The notes under the pieces were generated by a model. It saw nothing but the letters and a program-made list of their open reading frames with translations, had not been told where the DNA came from and ran no database searches. The position numbers and the translations under genes are program-made. This document shows positions 63,946-64,000 of a stretch of 64,000 bases of DNA, in pieces (position 1 is the stretch's first letter; the number at the start of each line of letters is the position of its first letter). Source of the DNA: Candidatus Omnitrophota bacterium (GTDB taxonomy: Bacteria > Omnitrophota > Omnitrophia > Omnitrophales > Aquincolibacteriaceae); the NCBI GenBank assembly GCA_022709525.1, contig JAKLIQ010000002.1, forward strand, positions 262,003 through 326,002, read 5' to 3'.

Positions 63946-64000
63946 TATGTCGTGGACCCATTTCCCGACAAAGTGCCCGATAACAAGGACAATGATGGCG

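Noticed and set aside
1-64000. CRISPR arrays, tRNA/rRNA genes, prophage or integron features
   Set aside because: I scanned for regularly spaced direct repeats and cloverleaf-like GC-rich 75-90 nt segments and found none. No integrase, transposase or phage-structural homologues among the ORFs.

Overview
This 64 kb window is chromosomal DNA from a diderm (Gram-negative-type) bacterium. TonB-dependent receptor, TolC-family and RND proteins are present. GC content is moderately high and about 85% of genes are on the minus strand. I cannot assign a lineage from sequence alone. I found no rRNA, tRNA, CRISPR array, transposase, integrase or phage genes, so the window looks like core or accessory chromosome rather than a mobile element. 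The supplied ORF track apparently translates TTG and GTG first codons as M, so some N-termini are uncertain. Where an internal ATG gave a better start (overlap logic, signal peptides, homology) I used it and say so.

Main blocks, in window order (almost everything is minus strand, so operons run from high to low coordinates):
1. Positions 1-4.8 kb: a partial hemerythrin-like ORF, ptsI, an Rrf2 regulator, gdhA preceded by a promoter and an intrinsic terminator in its leader, and a GAF-ANTAR regulator.
2. Positions 4.8-9.7 kb: a multi-PAS histidine kinase, a stand-alone receiver and a photolyase.
3. Positions 9.8-18.6 kb: an MFS transporter and a glycogen block (glgP, a GH13 enzyme, a small wHTH protein, a GH57 branching enzyme and a DUF4912 protein).
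4. Positions 18.8-30.4 kb: the most interesting region. Two cobalamin riboswitches that I read directly in the sequence drive a TonB-dependent receptor with cobA (btuR) and a btuFCD importer. Immediately downstream of cobA, in the same orientation, are two class-B (B12-binding) radical SAM enzymes. These are translationally coupled to psd, pssA and a LysE-type exporter. I propose this is a cobalamin-gated system that modifies membrane phospholipids through B12-radical-SAM chemistry. That function is inference.
5. Positions 30.5-43.2 kb: an MFS transporter, tcdA, tatD, DUF2934 and SIMPL proteins, glpD-glpK, cdaA, a LacI-type binding protein without an HTH, and an APC-Usp permease.
6. Positions 43.5-51.4 kb: hppA (membrane pyrophosphatase) with a heavily structured leader, a CaCA cation antiporter with a long terminator-containing leader (candidate riboswitch), and a PEGA plus GT2 exopolysaccharide pair.
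7. Positions 51.6-57.2 kb: MarC, then marR-OMF-RND without a membrane fusion protein.
8. Positions 57.2-64.0 kb: an osmoadaptation block (treS, otsB, a membrane-sensor::OtsA fusion and two MscS channels) bracketed by two similar small membrane peptides that the ORF track does not list.
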